Positions 37,981-46,420 of a DNA stretch of 56,958 bases are shown piece after piece. The DNA lies in the NCBI GenBank assembly GCA_009777915.1, contig WRKV01000001.1:1-56958 (forward strand), read 5' to 3'. Source of the stretch: Bacteroidales bacterium (GTDB taxonomy: Bacteria; Bacteroidota; Bacteroidia; Bacteroidales; P3). The position numbers and the translations under genes were made by a program. Each line of letters opens with the position of its first letter. Position 1 is the first letter of the stretch. Below the pieces are notes generated by a model that saw only the letters and a program-made list of their open reading frames with translations, was not told where the DNA came from and made no database searches.

Positions 37981-39585
37981 ATGAAAAAACACTTTTTAAC
38001 CTTAGCACTATCTCTGGTTTTCGCCGGAATTACCTACGCTCAACAAGAAGAAGAACGTTTTGAAATCAATCAGTACAATCAGATGGTTCCTACGGTTCCT
38101 CTTGAGGCAACTGCACGAGGCGGCGTTCCGGTGTTGGAAAACAAACGAAAAGGCTACAAATTTTGGTTCGACAGCCGTGTGCAAGTTGATTTTGCAAACT
38201 ACCACAATCAAAAGAATGGAGCACTTAACCTTCCTGATGGAAATATAACGAGCGTTGGAGGTGTAGCCCACCCTGATGCAGAGCCCTATATGCCCGGCGG
38301 AATTTCGTTACGTCGCGTACGCTTTGCTGTCAAGGCGGAAGTCAATGAAAATTGGTATGGCGAACTTGACTTCAACATGGCAAACGGAGTGTTTGGTTTG
38401 CAAGACGCTTATATCGAGTACAACGGTTTAAGCAAATATGGATTGCAATTCAAAGCAGGTAATTTCAAAGAAGACTTTTCGATGGAATATACCACATCCT
38501 CTCGCTTTGTTACCTTTATGGAACGTCCGATGCCTCTTACAGCGTTCAACTTCACACGCCGCCTCGGCGTTCAGGCACAATGGTTGCACAGCGACAATTG
38601 GTTGCGTATGTCGGTAGGCGTTACAGGACAAGAAATAGACGCTTGGCAACTACGCGAACAAGTTGAAGAAGCCATGAAAAGAACGAACAGAGGATCCGGT
38701 CCTAATTGGACAGGAAAGGTTGTTGTGATGCCTTGGGGCGGAATGCCGGATCAAGGGCTACACTTGGGCTACAATATCCAGCATCGTAGCGGTAAATGGA
38801 TCAGCGATGATGTTGTTGTGGGCAATTATGATCCTCGTGCTTGGTATGCCCTGCGTGCCGACTCTCGAAATGCAACGGCTGTAAATCGTACCAAATATCT
38901 GGACACTCGTATGCTCCCCGGTGTAAGGAGTAGCCTCTACCAAGGTTTTGAATTGGCAGGCTACAAAGATGGTTTCAGATTTGGAAGTGAATTTATCACG
39001 GCAAGTGCGATAATGGATAAAGATCTTTTCAATTTCCCGACATTTTCCGGTCCTAATGCCGAGGCTTTGGCTGAACAGTTTGCAAAAAACAAAAAATTCT
39101 ACGGTTTCTATGTGCAAGCCGGTTATCTCTTGTTTGGTGGAAAGTACCGCTACGACCCCAGTCAAAGCGAATTTACACAACCTACACGCGGACAAAAATG
39201 GGGTGATCTCGAAGTATTGTTCCGTTATGACTATTTAGATTTGAACAACGGACAAAAAGATCGAAACCTGTTGCCGGGGGGAGTAGATGCCGGTAGAGCT
39301 ACCGGTATGGGAGAATATCAGCAGGGCGGTTCGGGACATAACTTTACTTTTGGTCTCTCTTACTGGGTAAACAAAAACGTTAGATTTACGGTAAATTACA
39401 TGATTTCTCAAAATGATGTATATTCCAACGGTGGAGCCGGAATCAGTCCGGGAGGTAGAAATGGAAGACCGATTGCGGTTGGTAAAAATGCTGCCGGACA
39501 ATATACCGCAAATCCACTCGATGCGGTTATAGATCCGGGCGTGAGCTTTAATACACTTCAGATGAGATTGGAGATTGCGTTCTAA
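37981..39585 (+). CDS. outer-membrane porin, phosphate-selective OprO/OprP (Porin_O_P) family-like
   Basis: 534 aa with a signal peptide. LRRVRFAVKAEVNENWYGELDFNMA...LQDAYIEY...FKAGNFKEDFSMEYTTSSRFVTFMERP fits the Porin_O_P pattern. Terminal aromatic residue (..LEIAF). Confidence 0.72.
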   Translation: MKKHFLTLALSLVFAGITYAQQEEERFEINQYNQMVPTVPLEATARGGVPVLENKRKGYKFWFDSRVQVDFANYHNQKNGALNLPDGNITSVGGVAHPDAEPYMPGGISLRRVRFAVKAEVNENWYGELDFNMANGVFGLQDAYIEYNGLSKYGLQFKAGNFKEDFSMEYTTSSRFVTFMERPMPLTAFNFTRRLGVQAQWLHSDNWLRMSVGVTGQEIDAWQLREQVEEAMKRTNRGSGPNWTGKVVVMPWGGMPDQGLHLGYNIQHRSGKWISDDVVVGNYDPRAWYALRADSRNATAVNRTKYLDTRMLPGVRSSLYQGFELAGYKDGFRFGSEFITASAIMDKDLFNFPTFSGPNAEALAEQFAKNKKFYGFYVQAGYLLFGGKYRYDPSQSEFTQPTRGQKWGDLEVLFRYDYLDLNNGQKDRNLLPGGVDAGRATGMGEYQQGGSGHNFTFGLSYWVNKNVRFTVNYMISQNDVYSNGGAGISPGGRNGRPIAVGKNAAGQYTANPLDAVIDPGVSFNTLQMRLEIAF

Positions 39586-39634
39586 ACTTACAAACACAAA
39601 TCAAACAAATTATAAACAAAACACAATAAATACT

Positions 39635-40498
39635 ATGAAAAAGATAATCCTCGCCCTTGTGGCACTCTCAGTTGTTTTCGTTGCTTGCTTAAAGAACGAC
39701 CCCCCAGCTTCAACATTGTCCGTACAAGATGTTGAAATGTCCAACCCCTTACCGGGATCGGACGAAAATGTTACCATTACCGTTGTGGTAAAAGAAGTTA
39801 AGCATACCATCACTTCCGTAGTCATTGAATGGAAAAAAGACGAAATTGCTCAAACATCCATCACCATGACTGCCGGAGCTAACGACACCTACACCGGTAC
39901 AATCCCCGGACAACCGGACGGAACTACAGTAACCTTTACTATCAAGGCGACCAACAGTGACGGCAAAACAGAAACCTCAGCATTAAATACCATTATGTGG
40001 GTAGACGAACTCCCGTGGTTTATGTATGTAAAACTCAACGAAGTTAGCGGTGTCGGCGGTGATCCCGATAAATTCTATGAGCTGATCAACATCGGTACTG
40101 AGCCCATCGACTTGCACAATTTTACGATTCACTACAATGCAAACGGTGCAGTCAGTGGATCTTTTCCGCCTAACGACAACCGTTTGACATGGACAGGTTG
40201 TGAAGCTCAAATAATACAGCCGGGGGAATTGCTTACTTTGCTTGGTCGTGATACACCATGTTCGTTCGGAACAGGATTGACAGCAGCCCGCATCTTGGTT
40301 ATTACATTGAGTGCTCCTAACGGAACCGTTGTTGACCAATGTATCAGAACAAAGGATCAAGGCGAATACACCATAACCGATAAATCCTACTCACGTATCC
40401 CCGATGGAACAGGTACATTCTATTTCACCACTCCCTCGCCCAATGTGATGAATGGCAATGATGCCACGGGATTGACGGAAGTGCCGAGTACGCCGTAA
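39635..40498 (+). CDS. lipoprotein with Ig-like module and lamin-tail domain (LTD)
   Basis: Lipobox VFVAC. LTD signature VKLNEVSGVGGDPDKFYELINIGTEPIDLHNFTIHYN. The N-terminal module is paralogous to residues ~395-470 of the 809-aa protein. Confidence 0.7.
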   Translation: MKKIILALVALSVVFVACLKNDPPASTLSVQDVEMSNPLPGSDENVTITVVVKEVKHTITSVVIEWKKDEIAQTSITMTAGANDTYTGTIPGQPDGTTVTFTIKATNSDGKTETSALNTIMWVDELPWFMYVKLNEVSGVGGDPDKFYELINIGTEPIDLHNFTIHYNANGAVSGSFPPNDNRLTWTGCEAQIIQPGELLTLLGRDTPCSFGTGLTAARILVITLSAPNGTVVDQCIRTKDQGEYTITDKSYSRIPDGTGTFYFTTPSPNVMNGNDATGLTEVPSTP

Positions 40499-40543
40499 TC
40501 CATAATTCACAACAAACTTAACGTGTAATTCAAAAAAAAGTTG

Positions 40544-40551
40544 TATCTTTG
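40544..40551 (+). promoter_or_regulatory. -7 promoter box TAtcTTTG (mazF module)
   Basis: Context gttgtatctttgcaaaaaa is shared with the two other TA-like pairs. Confidence 0.55.
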
Positions 40552-40568
40552 CAAAAAAATCAAAAACA

Positions 40569-40778
40569 ATGGAAACATTAGACATCATACGTAATGTAAA
40601 CCGATTGCCTTTGCCACAACAAATGTGGGTTGCAGAGCGTATCATACATTCGATACGACAACAACAGCAACCTTCAATGGAAATGGCAGCAGAACGCTTG
40701 AAATCAGACTACACAACCGATGAAAATTTAACAGCATTTACGCAACTTGACAGCGAGGACTTCTATGAAACAAGGTGA
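40569..40778 (+). CDS. putative antitoxin partner of MazF (no recognisable MazE/AbrB motif)
   Basis: 69-aa ORF directly upstream of the mazF-like gene, overlapping it by 14 nt. Acidic C-terminus. Confidence 0.45.
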   Translation: METLDIIRNVNRLPLPQQMWVAERIIHSIRQQQQPSMEMAAERLKSDYTTDENLTAFTQLDSEDFYETR

Positions 40779-41106
40779 AATATGGCTGATAAATTTAGAT
40801 CCTACGATCGGTGCTGAGATGAAAAAAACTCGTCCGGCAGTGATTGTTAATGATGATCAACTTGGCAAATTGCCGTTGAGAGTCATCGTTCCGATTACCG
40901 ACTGGAAAGAACATTACAGCACGGCTTCGTGGATGGTAGCAATTAATCCGTCCGCTCAAAATGGACTTACCAAAAAATCATCGGCGGATTGTTTTCAAAT
41001 ACGTTCGGTATCGAAAGATCGTCTAATAAAGCAAATTGGGAGTATCACATCTTACGAAACCCTCCAAATACAAGAAGGCATTGCAAGGATTGTAAGTTTG
41101 ATATAA
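40765..41106 (+). CDS. mazF: MazF/PemK-family endoribonuclease toxin
   Basis: MKQGEIWLINLDPTIGAEMKKTRPAVIV...VPIT...FQIRSVSKDRL is the typical PemK pattern. Confidence 0.85.
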   Translation: MKQGEIWLINLDPTIGAEMKKTRPAVIVNDDQLGKLPLRVIVPITDWKEHYSTASWMVAINPSAQNGLTKKSSADCFQIRSVSKDRLIKQIGSITSYETLQIQEGIARIVSLI

Positions 41107-41192
41107 ATTACCCCTCCGGCACGGCTTGCAATCCGTGCAAACCAAACAACTAAACAACCCAAAAAAATATAAACAATCAAAACAATCAAACT

Positions 41193-43622
41193 ATGAAAAA
41201 AACAAACATTTTCAAAACACTCGTCGCGATAGTGATGGTGTTTTTTATGAGCATTTCGATGTTCGCTCAAGCACCGATAAGTGCGTACGTTCCTGCAGGT
41301 GCAGGTTCTGGGGTTAGTGGCAATGATGTTACAATTCCGAGTACCGTAACAGGTATTGACTTTATCTTTAGAGCAACGGGAAACGGTAACAATGTTACAG
41401 ACTGGACAGGTTGCTCTTTTATTGTACGTCGTATCCAATTCAATGGATCAATCGGCTTAATCATTAAACTTGGAAGTACGTCCGCAAGCAAAATTACGAT
41501 CATTGGAAACTCATCAGGTTCAGGCTTTCGAGCCATCACATCTGTTACTGCAAGCAGTACGGTAGATGGCACGTACACTGCTGTTACAGGTGCAACTGTT
41601 GGCGATATGACGTTTTATGGTACCGGTACTGAACCCGATTCAAATGTAGGCTGCTGGTCTTGGACGGTTGATGATTTAGATCTTGCCGAAGGCACTTTTG
41701 TTAAATTTGTTTTTAATAATAACGTTAATCTTGGTGGTGTTGAAATCACTCCGACTTCAGGTGGCGGAGATCCGGTTGACTACAGCAAATTAGTGGTAAA
41801 CGAAGTTAGCGGCGAACACAAATATGTTGAGATCTACAACTCGGGCACGGTTTCTATTCCTTTGGAAGGCGTGAGACTTCAAAGAAATGACGGACCTACA
41901 GGCGGTAGCGAAAGACTTCACGTAGCGGGCGATGTAATTCCTGCCGGAGCGTATCGCCTCTACTTGTTCAACAGTTTTACTCCTACTGGCAGTGCTGCCT
42001 ATAGTGGCACTTCAACGCTTGTTGATAAAGTAACCGGACTAGATACCTATCCTGAATTTGTCGGATGGAGCGTTAGTTCTGGCATATCCGATCAGCAAAT
42101 TCTGAAAATAGCCCTCGTTGATCCGGATGGTGCTGAGATTAGCACGTTTATTCGTGGAGATGCTCCACTTCCCGCTTGGGGCGGAGATGCTGCACGGGTT
42201 CGCACTCACAGTTATTCTCGTATGACAGATGGTACTTGGGCTTATGCCGTTCCTACACCGGGAGCCGAAAATGGAGCAAAAGTAAGCGATATCGTAGATC
42301 CGGGTTATTTGACAGAGACACCTGCTGATGCAGTTGGCTTAGTCATCGAAAGTGCCACAGCTGCTGAAACCAATCCGGTATTTGACGAGGACGTTATCAT
42401 CACCGCTGTAGTAACAGACGATGTAAACGAGGTTGAAACAGTAGTTATCGAATGGAAAATAGGTGCTGTTGACCAAACACCTATCCCTATGGAGGCAGGC
42501 GTGGGAGCCTTGACAAGCACTTATACTGCTGATATTCCCGGACAAGCTGAAGGTGTGACGGTAACATGGAAAGTTACAGCAACCAACGACGACGGTGATG
42601 AGGTTTCGTCAGACGAAGGAACCATCATCTGGAGAAGCTCTTTAGACCCCATCGTTGCAGGAGATCCTGATGCCCTTGCAGGCAAACTGCTGATTTGGCA
42701 GGCTTTCGGCACAGGCTCAGGTGGAGGTGCCGGTGTGAACCGCTCTTTCTTGGAGTTGTACAACACAACCGAAAACGCCATAGATTTGGCAGGCATCACG
42801 CTGTTTTATGCTGATGGAACCGATATGTCTAACAACGTAAGCACGGAAGATGGCGAATGGAAAGCCATTTCGTTGACCGGAACCTTGCCGGGAGGAACTT
42901 CTTTCCTTGTTTTAGGTCCTGTACGTGGCTCAAGTTCGCGCCTCAACATAGATGCGAATTACGGAGATATTAACGATGATGATTTTGTGTTGAGCAACAG
43001 AGCGTTCAAGGCAGCCCTTATACGCAATGCAAACGCTGATTTAATCGCCCAAAATCCGTTTGATATGGATGGCAATGGTGCGGTAGCAGAGGGTTATATC
43101 GATATGCTTGGCTCAGCGAATTCGTTCTCTGACAATGGTAATAATCGCGATAGAATCAACGGTTACGAGATGGCTCCATCACGTAATTCAGGATCAGAGG
43201 CTGTTCGACGCGGCTCTCTTGTGGATACCGATAACAATAGCGTGGATTTTGTGAGTACACGTTATGCCTCAGGCACAGGCGGTATTACCGATGTTGAAAT
43301 GGAATTGTTCAGACCTAAAAATATGACGTTTGGTGCATGGAATCCGCTTGGCGATCCGGCATCAGTACAACCGCTTTTGAATGGAGGACTAATCGCTGTC
43401 TATCCAAATCCTGTGGAGAATGAACTTACCGTAGAAATCGAAAACCCAACGCAGAACACCATCTATCGGATTTTCGACCTTAGCGGAAAACAACTCAAAA
43501 CCGGCAGACTGAACGCCGTTACAACCCAAATCCCAATGGGCGATCTCAGCGAGGGCATGTATGTTCTCAGCATTGAGCAGAACGGGCAAGTCGTGCAGTC
43601 GTTGCGAGTGGTAAAACAATAA
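41193..43622 (+). CDS. T9SS-secreted protein with two lamin-tail domains and a type-A C-terminal sorting domain
   Basis: 809 aa with a signal peptide. LTD-like LVVNEVSGEHKYVEIYNSGTVSIPLEGVRL and RSFLELYNTTENAIDLAGITLFY. CTD VYPNPVENELTVEI...GMYVLSIEQNGQ...RVVKQ. Confidence 0.75.
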   Translation: MKKTNIFKTLVAIVMVFFMSISMFAQAPISAYVPAGAGSGVSGNDVTIPSTVTGIDFIFRATGNGNNVTDWTGCSFIVRRIQFNGSIGLIIKLGSTSASKITIIGNSSGSGFRAITSVTASSTVDGTYTAVTGATVGDMTFYGTGTEPDSNVGCWSWTVDDLDLAEGTFVKFVFNNNVNLGGVEITPTSGGGDPVDYSKLVVNEVSGEHKYVEIYNSGTVSIPLEGVRLQRNDGPTGGSERLHVAGDVIPAGAYRLYLFNSFTPTGSAAYSGTSTLVDKVTGLDTYPEFVGWSVSSGISDQQILKIALVDPDGAEISTFIRGDAPLPAWGGDAARVRTHSYSRMTDGTWAYAVPTPGAENGAKVSDIVDPGYLTETPADAVGLVIESATAAETNPVFDEDVIITAVVTDDVNEVETVVIEWKIGAVDQTPIPMEAGVGALTSTYTADIPGQAEGVTVTWKVTATNDDGDEVSSDEGTIIWRSSLDPIVAGDPDALAGKLLIWQAFGTGSGGGAGVNRSFLELYNTTENAIDLAGITLFYADGTDMSNNVSTEDGEWKAISLTGTLPGGTSFLVLGPVRGSSSRLNIDANYGDINDDDFVLSNRAFKAALIRNANADLIAQNPFDMDGNGAVAEGYIDMLGSANSFSDNGNNRDRINGYEMAPSRNSGSEAVRRGSLVDTDNNSVDFVSTRYASGTGGITDVEMELFRPKNMTFGAWNPLGDPASVQPLLNGGLIAVYPNPVENELTVEIENPTQNTIYRIFDLSGKQLKTGRLNAVTTQIPMGDLSEGMYVLSIEQNGQVVQSLRVVKQ

Positions 43623-43633
43623 TGCTTAATCAA

Positions 43634-43662
43634 GGGGGTAGTGTTTCTGCCCCCTTTTTTTT
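43634..43662 (+). terminator. intrinsic terminator after the LTD/T9SS gene
   Basis: ggggg-tagtgtttctg-ccccc followed by T8. Confidence 0.75.
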
Positions 43663-43697
43663 CAAAATGGATATTTGTATTTTTCAAAAAAAAATTG

Positions 43698-43705
43698 TAT
43701 CTTTG
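43698..43705 (+). promoter_or_regulatory. -7 promoter box TAtcTTTG (DUF4160/DUF2442 pair)
   Basis: aattgtatctttgtaaaaaa, 14 nt upstream of the ATG. Confidence 0.55.
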
Positions 43706-43718
43706 TAAAAAAAACTAA

Positions 43719-43997
43719 ATGCCCAAGATTCTCACACATCTAAGTTGGATATTCTTTGTTTACAGTGAAAACGAAAGAGCACATCTACACATCTACAGAA
43801 AAGGAAAGCAGCAGAGCCGATCGGCGGAAATCTTTTTAGAAAAAAATGGGAAAAGAGAATTGGAATGGGCGTCTTATGGCGACTATAAAAAAGAGATTGC
43901 ACAGATAGAAAAAATAATTAATGAAAATTACGATGTGCTTATTCAGTCAGTGAAGAAGTCAATGTCCGGCATAAAAGTTAAAACCATAAAAAAATAA
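43719..43997 (+). CDS. DUF4160-family protein
   Basis: 92 aa. WIFFVYSENERAHLHIY...AEIFL pattern resembles DUF4160 (F.FYS.E...PH.H). Paired with a DUF2442-like ORF. Confidence 0.65.
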   Translation: MPKILTHLSWIFFVYSENERAHLHIYRKGKQQSRSAEIFLEKNGKRELEWASYGDYKKEIAQIEKIINENYDVLIQSVKKSMSGIKVKTIKK

Positions 43998-44001
43998 TAT
44001 C

Positions 44002-44262
44002 ATGGAAGGATTTTTTAGAATAAAACCGACAATCAAAAAATTAGGTTTCGAGCAACGCGGAAAAATGTCCATTTACTTGCACGATGGGCGAACAGTCATT
44101 GTGCCTGTTGCCTCTTTTCCCAGCATAAAGAAACTTAAAGAACCTGACAGAAAGCACTATCAAATTATTGACAAAGAACTTTTTACATTTGATAAAACCA
44201 ACGAAATTTTTCATGTCGAACAAGTGCTGGGTAAGGAAAATTGCTATTCCTACCAGTTCTGA
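44002..44262 (+). CDS. DUF2442-family protein
   Basis: 86 aa. IYLHDGRTVIVPVASFPSIKKLKEPDRKHYQI pattern. Canonical partner position after DUF4160. Confidence 0.6.
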   Translation: MEGFFRIKPTIKKLGFEQRGKMSIYLHDGRTVIVPVASFPSIKKLKEPDRKHYQIIDKELFTFDKTNEIFHVEQVLGKENCYSYQF

Positions 44263-44286
44263 TTTTATTTGTAGAAAAACAAATTG

Positions 44287-44294
44287 TATCTTTG
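44287..44294 (+). promoter_or_regulatory. -7 promoter box TAtcTTTG, 6 nt from the ATG (probable leaderless)
   Basis: aaattgtatctttgtaaaaaATG. Confidence 0.5.
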
Positions 44295-44300
44295 TAAAAA

Positions 44301-44603
44301 ATGATGAATAAGAACGATATAAAACTCAGAAAAAGCCTGTTTTGGGATGTGGATATTGAACAATTAGATATCGACAAGTATCCGGCTTATGTATTGCAAC
44401 GAGTTTTGGAATATGGAAAATGGGAAGAATGGGTACAATTCCGTTCGTATTATCCCATGGAATTGATAAGAGAAACGGCTATGAACCTGCGAACACTTCG
44501 TCCGGAAGTTCTTAGTTATATCGCTCTTTACACAGATACAAATATAGAAGACTATCGATGTTACAAATTAGCACAATTACACCCGACACTTTGGAACTCT
44601 TGA
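44301..44603 (+). CDS. putative antitoxin-position protein (DUF6922-like) upstream of the AbiEii-type nucleotidyltransferase
   Basis: 100 aa. SLFWDVDIEQLDIDKYPAYVLQRVLEYGKWEEW pattern. Overlaps the next gene. Confidence 0.5.
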   Translation: MMNKNDIKLRKSLFWDVDIEQLDIDKYPAYVLQRVLEYGKWEEWVQFRSYYPMELIRETAMNLRTLRPEVLSYIALYTDTNIEDYRCYKLAQLHPTLWNS

Positions 44604-45169
44604 AAAAGTTGCAAAGTATGCCTGAATTGGCAGAAACACGGCTTGTCGGAGGCACTGCCTTGGCTTTGCTTTTGGGACATCGTTTGTCAATTGATTTAGA
44701 TTTATTCGGAAAAATTGACCAAGAAGTTACAACGAGAGCATTACAAGAGCAAAATTTTAAGAATTTTGAGATACTGTCTGAAAGCAAAGCTATCAAACAC
44801 TACATGATCAATGATGTTAAAGTTGATATTGTAAAATACGATTATTATTCGTGGTTGGAAGAAATGATAGTTGAGAATGGAATCAGACTTGCGGGATTGA
44901 AAGATATTGCTGCAATGAAAATAGGAGCAATTACCAATCGTGGTAGCAGAAAAGACTTTATAGACTTGTTTTTCCTTTTGAAACAGTTTAACATGAAAGA
45001 AATTCTTGAGTTTTATCAGACGAAATATCCGGATCATAGCATACGGGCTACAATCCAAAGTCTAAGTTATTTTATCGATGCTGAAAAAGAGGATATGCCC
45101 AAAATGCTTATCCCCGTAACATGGAACGAAATGAAAAAACAAATTATTGACGAAGTAAAAAAACTATAA
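44558..45169 (+). CDS. nucleotidyltransferase, AbiEii/AbiGii toxin family (DUF1814-like)
   Basis: 203 aa. RLVGGTALALLLGHRLSIDLDLF and RGSRKDFIDLFFLL motifs. Confidence 0.78.
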   Translation: MLQISTITPDTLELLKKLQSMPELAETRLVGGTALALLLGHRLSIDLDLFGKIDQEVTTRALQEQNFKNFEILSESKAIKHYMINDVKVDIVKYDYYSWLEEMIVENGIRLAGLKDIAAMKIGAITNRGSRKDFIDLFFLLKQFNMKEILEFYQTKYPDHSIRATIQSLSYFIDAEKEDMPKMLIPVTWNEMKKQIIDEVKKL

Positions 45170-45217
45170 AAAAACAATCAAAAACAATCAAAACAAAACA
45201 AAAACAAAACAATCATC

Positions 45218-45853
45218 ATGAGTGAACTAAAAATCGGAGAAATCTCCAAACCCAGATTCGAGTTCCGTTCCTTTGGACAGAACTTCAACAACGCGTGGAA
45301 ACGTATGTCACGCCTATCCGTACCTGTACCCGAAAAAGTGTGGGAAAGACAGAGCGACGAAGTCTACATCATCAGTCGTACCAACGACATCAACAACACC
45401 AAAATCCGTGACGGAAAGATGGACATCAAGACCTACGTGCAAACCGTAGACGGTCTCGAACAGTGGAACCCGCTAATGAAAGGCGAATTCCCAATAGCGA
45501 AAGAAGTGTTGGAAAACGACGTGTTTCCTGCGTTTCAGGTGGAAATGCCGAAACTGGACAAACCAACGTATACCTACGACGAGTTTATGACCATGATCAA
45601 AGCTAATAAAGATTTGGCAGCGGTAAACGTACATAAACAACGTTTCGGATTTATGGTCAACAACACCATCTGCGAAGTGGGTTATGTGCTTATCAACGGT
45701 GCACGTGTAACGACCATCAACAGCGAATCTACCGAAATCGAAGACATCAAAAAAACCATCACTGATTGCCAGCTCGAGGGCGTGGAGAATATCAATTATC
45801 TCCAAGTTATCAAACGAGTGATTGGGATGAGTGATAAACCTTTAGCAAATTAA
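45218..45853 (+). CDS. hypothetical protein; possible divergent CYTH/triphosphate-tunnel fold
   Basis: 211 aa. Alternating charged beta-strand pattern FEFRSF / KIRDGKMDIKT / VHKQRFGF / CEVGYV / INSES resembles CYTH, but the EIERKF signature is degenerate. No own promoter box. Confidence 0.35.
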   Translation: MSELKIGEISKPRFEFRSFGQNFNNAWKRMSRLSVPVPEKVWERQSDEVYIISRTNDINNTKIRDGKMDIKTYVQTVDGLEQWNPLMKGEFPIAKEVLENDVFPAFQVEMPKLDKPTYTYDEFMTMIKANKDLAAVNVHKQRFGFMVNNTICEVGYVLINGARVTTINSESTEIEDIKKTITDCQLEGVENINYLQVIKRVIGMSDKPLAN

Positions 45854-45857
45854 ATTT

Positions 45858-45937
45858 GGTACACGGTGAACGGTGCAGGGTAAACGGTGGGCTTGTGGCG
45901 AAGCACCGTGTACCTTTTACCGTGTACCGTGTACCGT
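45858..45937. repeat. imperfect 'word' hairpin: 32-nt arms of GGTGAAC/GGTACAC/GGTAAAC heptads, loop containing GGCGAAGC
   Basis: Left arm ggtacacggtgaacggtgcagggtaaacggtg. The reverse complement of the right arm is ggtacacggtacacggtaaaaggtacacggtg (about 25/32 match). Lies between the two CYTH-like cistrons. Confidence 0.7.
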
Positions 45938-45949
45938 AAAAAAAAAGTT

Positions 45950-46420
45950 ATGGCACAAGAAATAGAAAGAAAATTCCTCGTAAAAAACGAGAATTTCAAA
46001 ACAGAAACATTCAAACAAACCCGCATCACGCAGGGTTATTTATCGTCTGTTCCGGAGCGTACTGTACGCATTCGTGTGAAAGGCGAAAAAGGTTTTATTA
46101 CCATCAAAGGTATTGGTAACGATAGCGGTGCAAGCCGTTTCGAGTGGGAAAAAGAAATTCCTGCAAGCGAAGTGATGGACTTGATGAAAATCGCCGAACC
46201 CGGCGTGATCGACAAGACTCGCTATCAAGTGAAAAAAGGAAATCATACGTATGAAGTCGACGAATTTTACGGCGAAAATCAAGGTTTGACCGTTGCCGAA
46301 ATCGAACTTCAAAGTGAAGACGAATCCTTTGAAAAGCCCGAATGGCTTGGCGAAGAAGTAACCGGAGATGTGAAGTATTACAACTCAATGTTAATGAAAA
46401 ATCCGTATACGAAATGGTAG
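45950..46420 (+). CDS. CYTH-domain protein (triphosphate tunnel metalloenzyme)
   Basis: MAQEIERKFLV... canonical EIERKF start, plus RIRVKG, ITIKG, RFEWEKEI, EVDEF and VAEIEL strands. Confidence 0.85.
   Translation: MAQEIERKFLVKNENFKTETFKQTRITQGYLSSVPERTVRIRVKGEKGFITIKGIGNDSGASRFEWEKEIPASEVMDLMKIAEPGVIDKTRYQVKKGNHTYEVDEFYGENQGLTVAEIELQSEDESFEKPEWLGEEVTGDVKYYNSMLMKNPYTKW

Noticed and set aside
41119-41138. The hairpin gcacgg-cttgcaat-ccgtgc after mazF as a terminator isolating the TA module.
   Set aside because: It is a 6-bp stem with no T-run, followed by a CA-rich leader into the next gene. The evidence favours read-through rather than termination.
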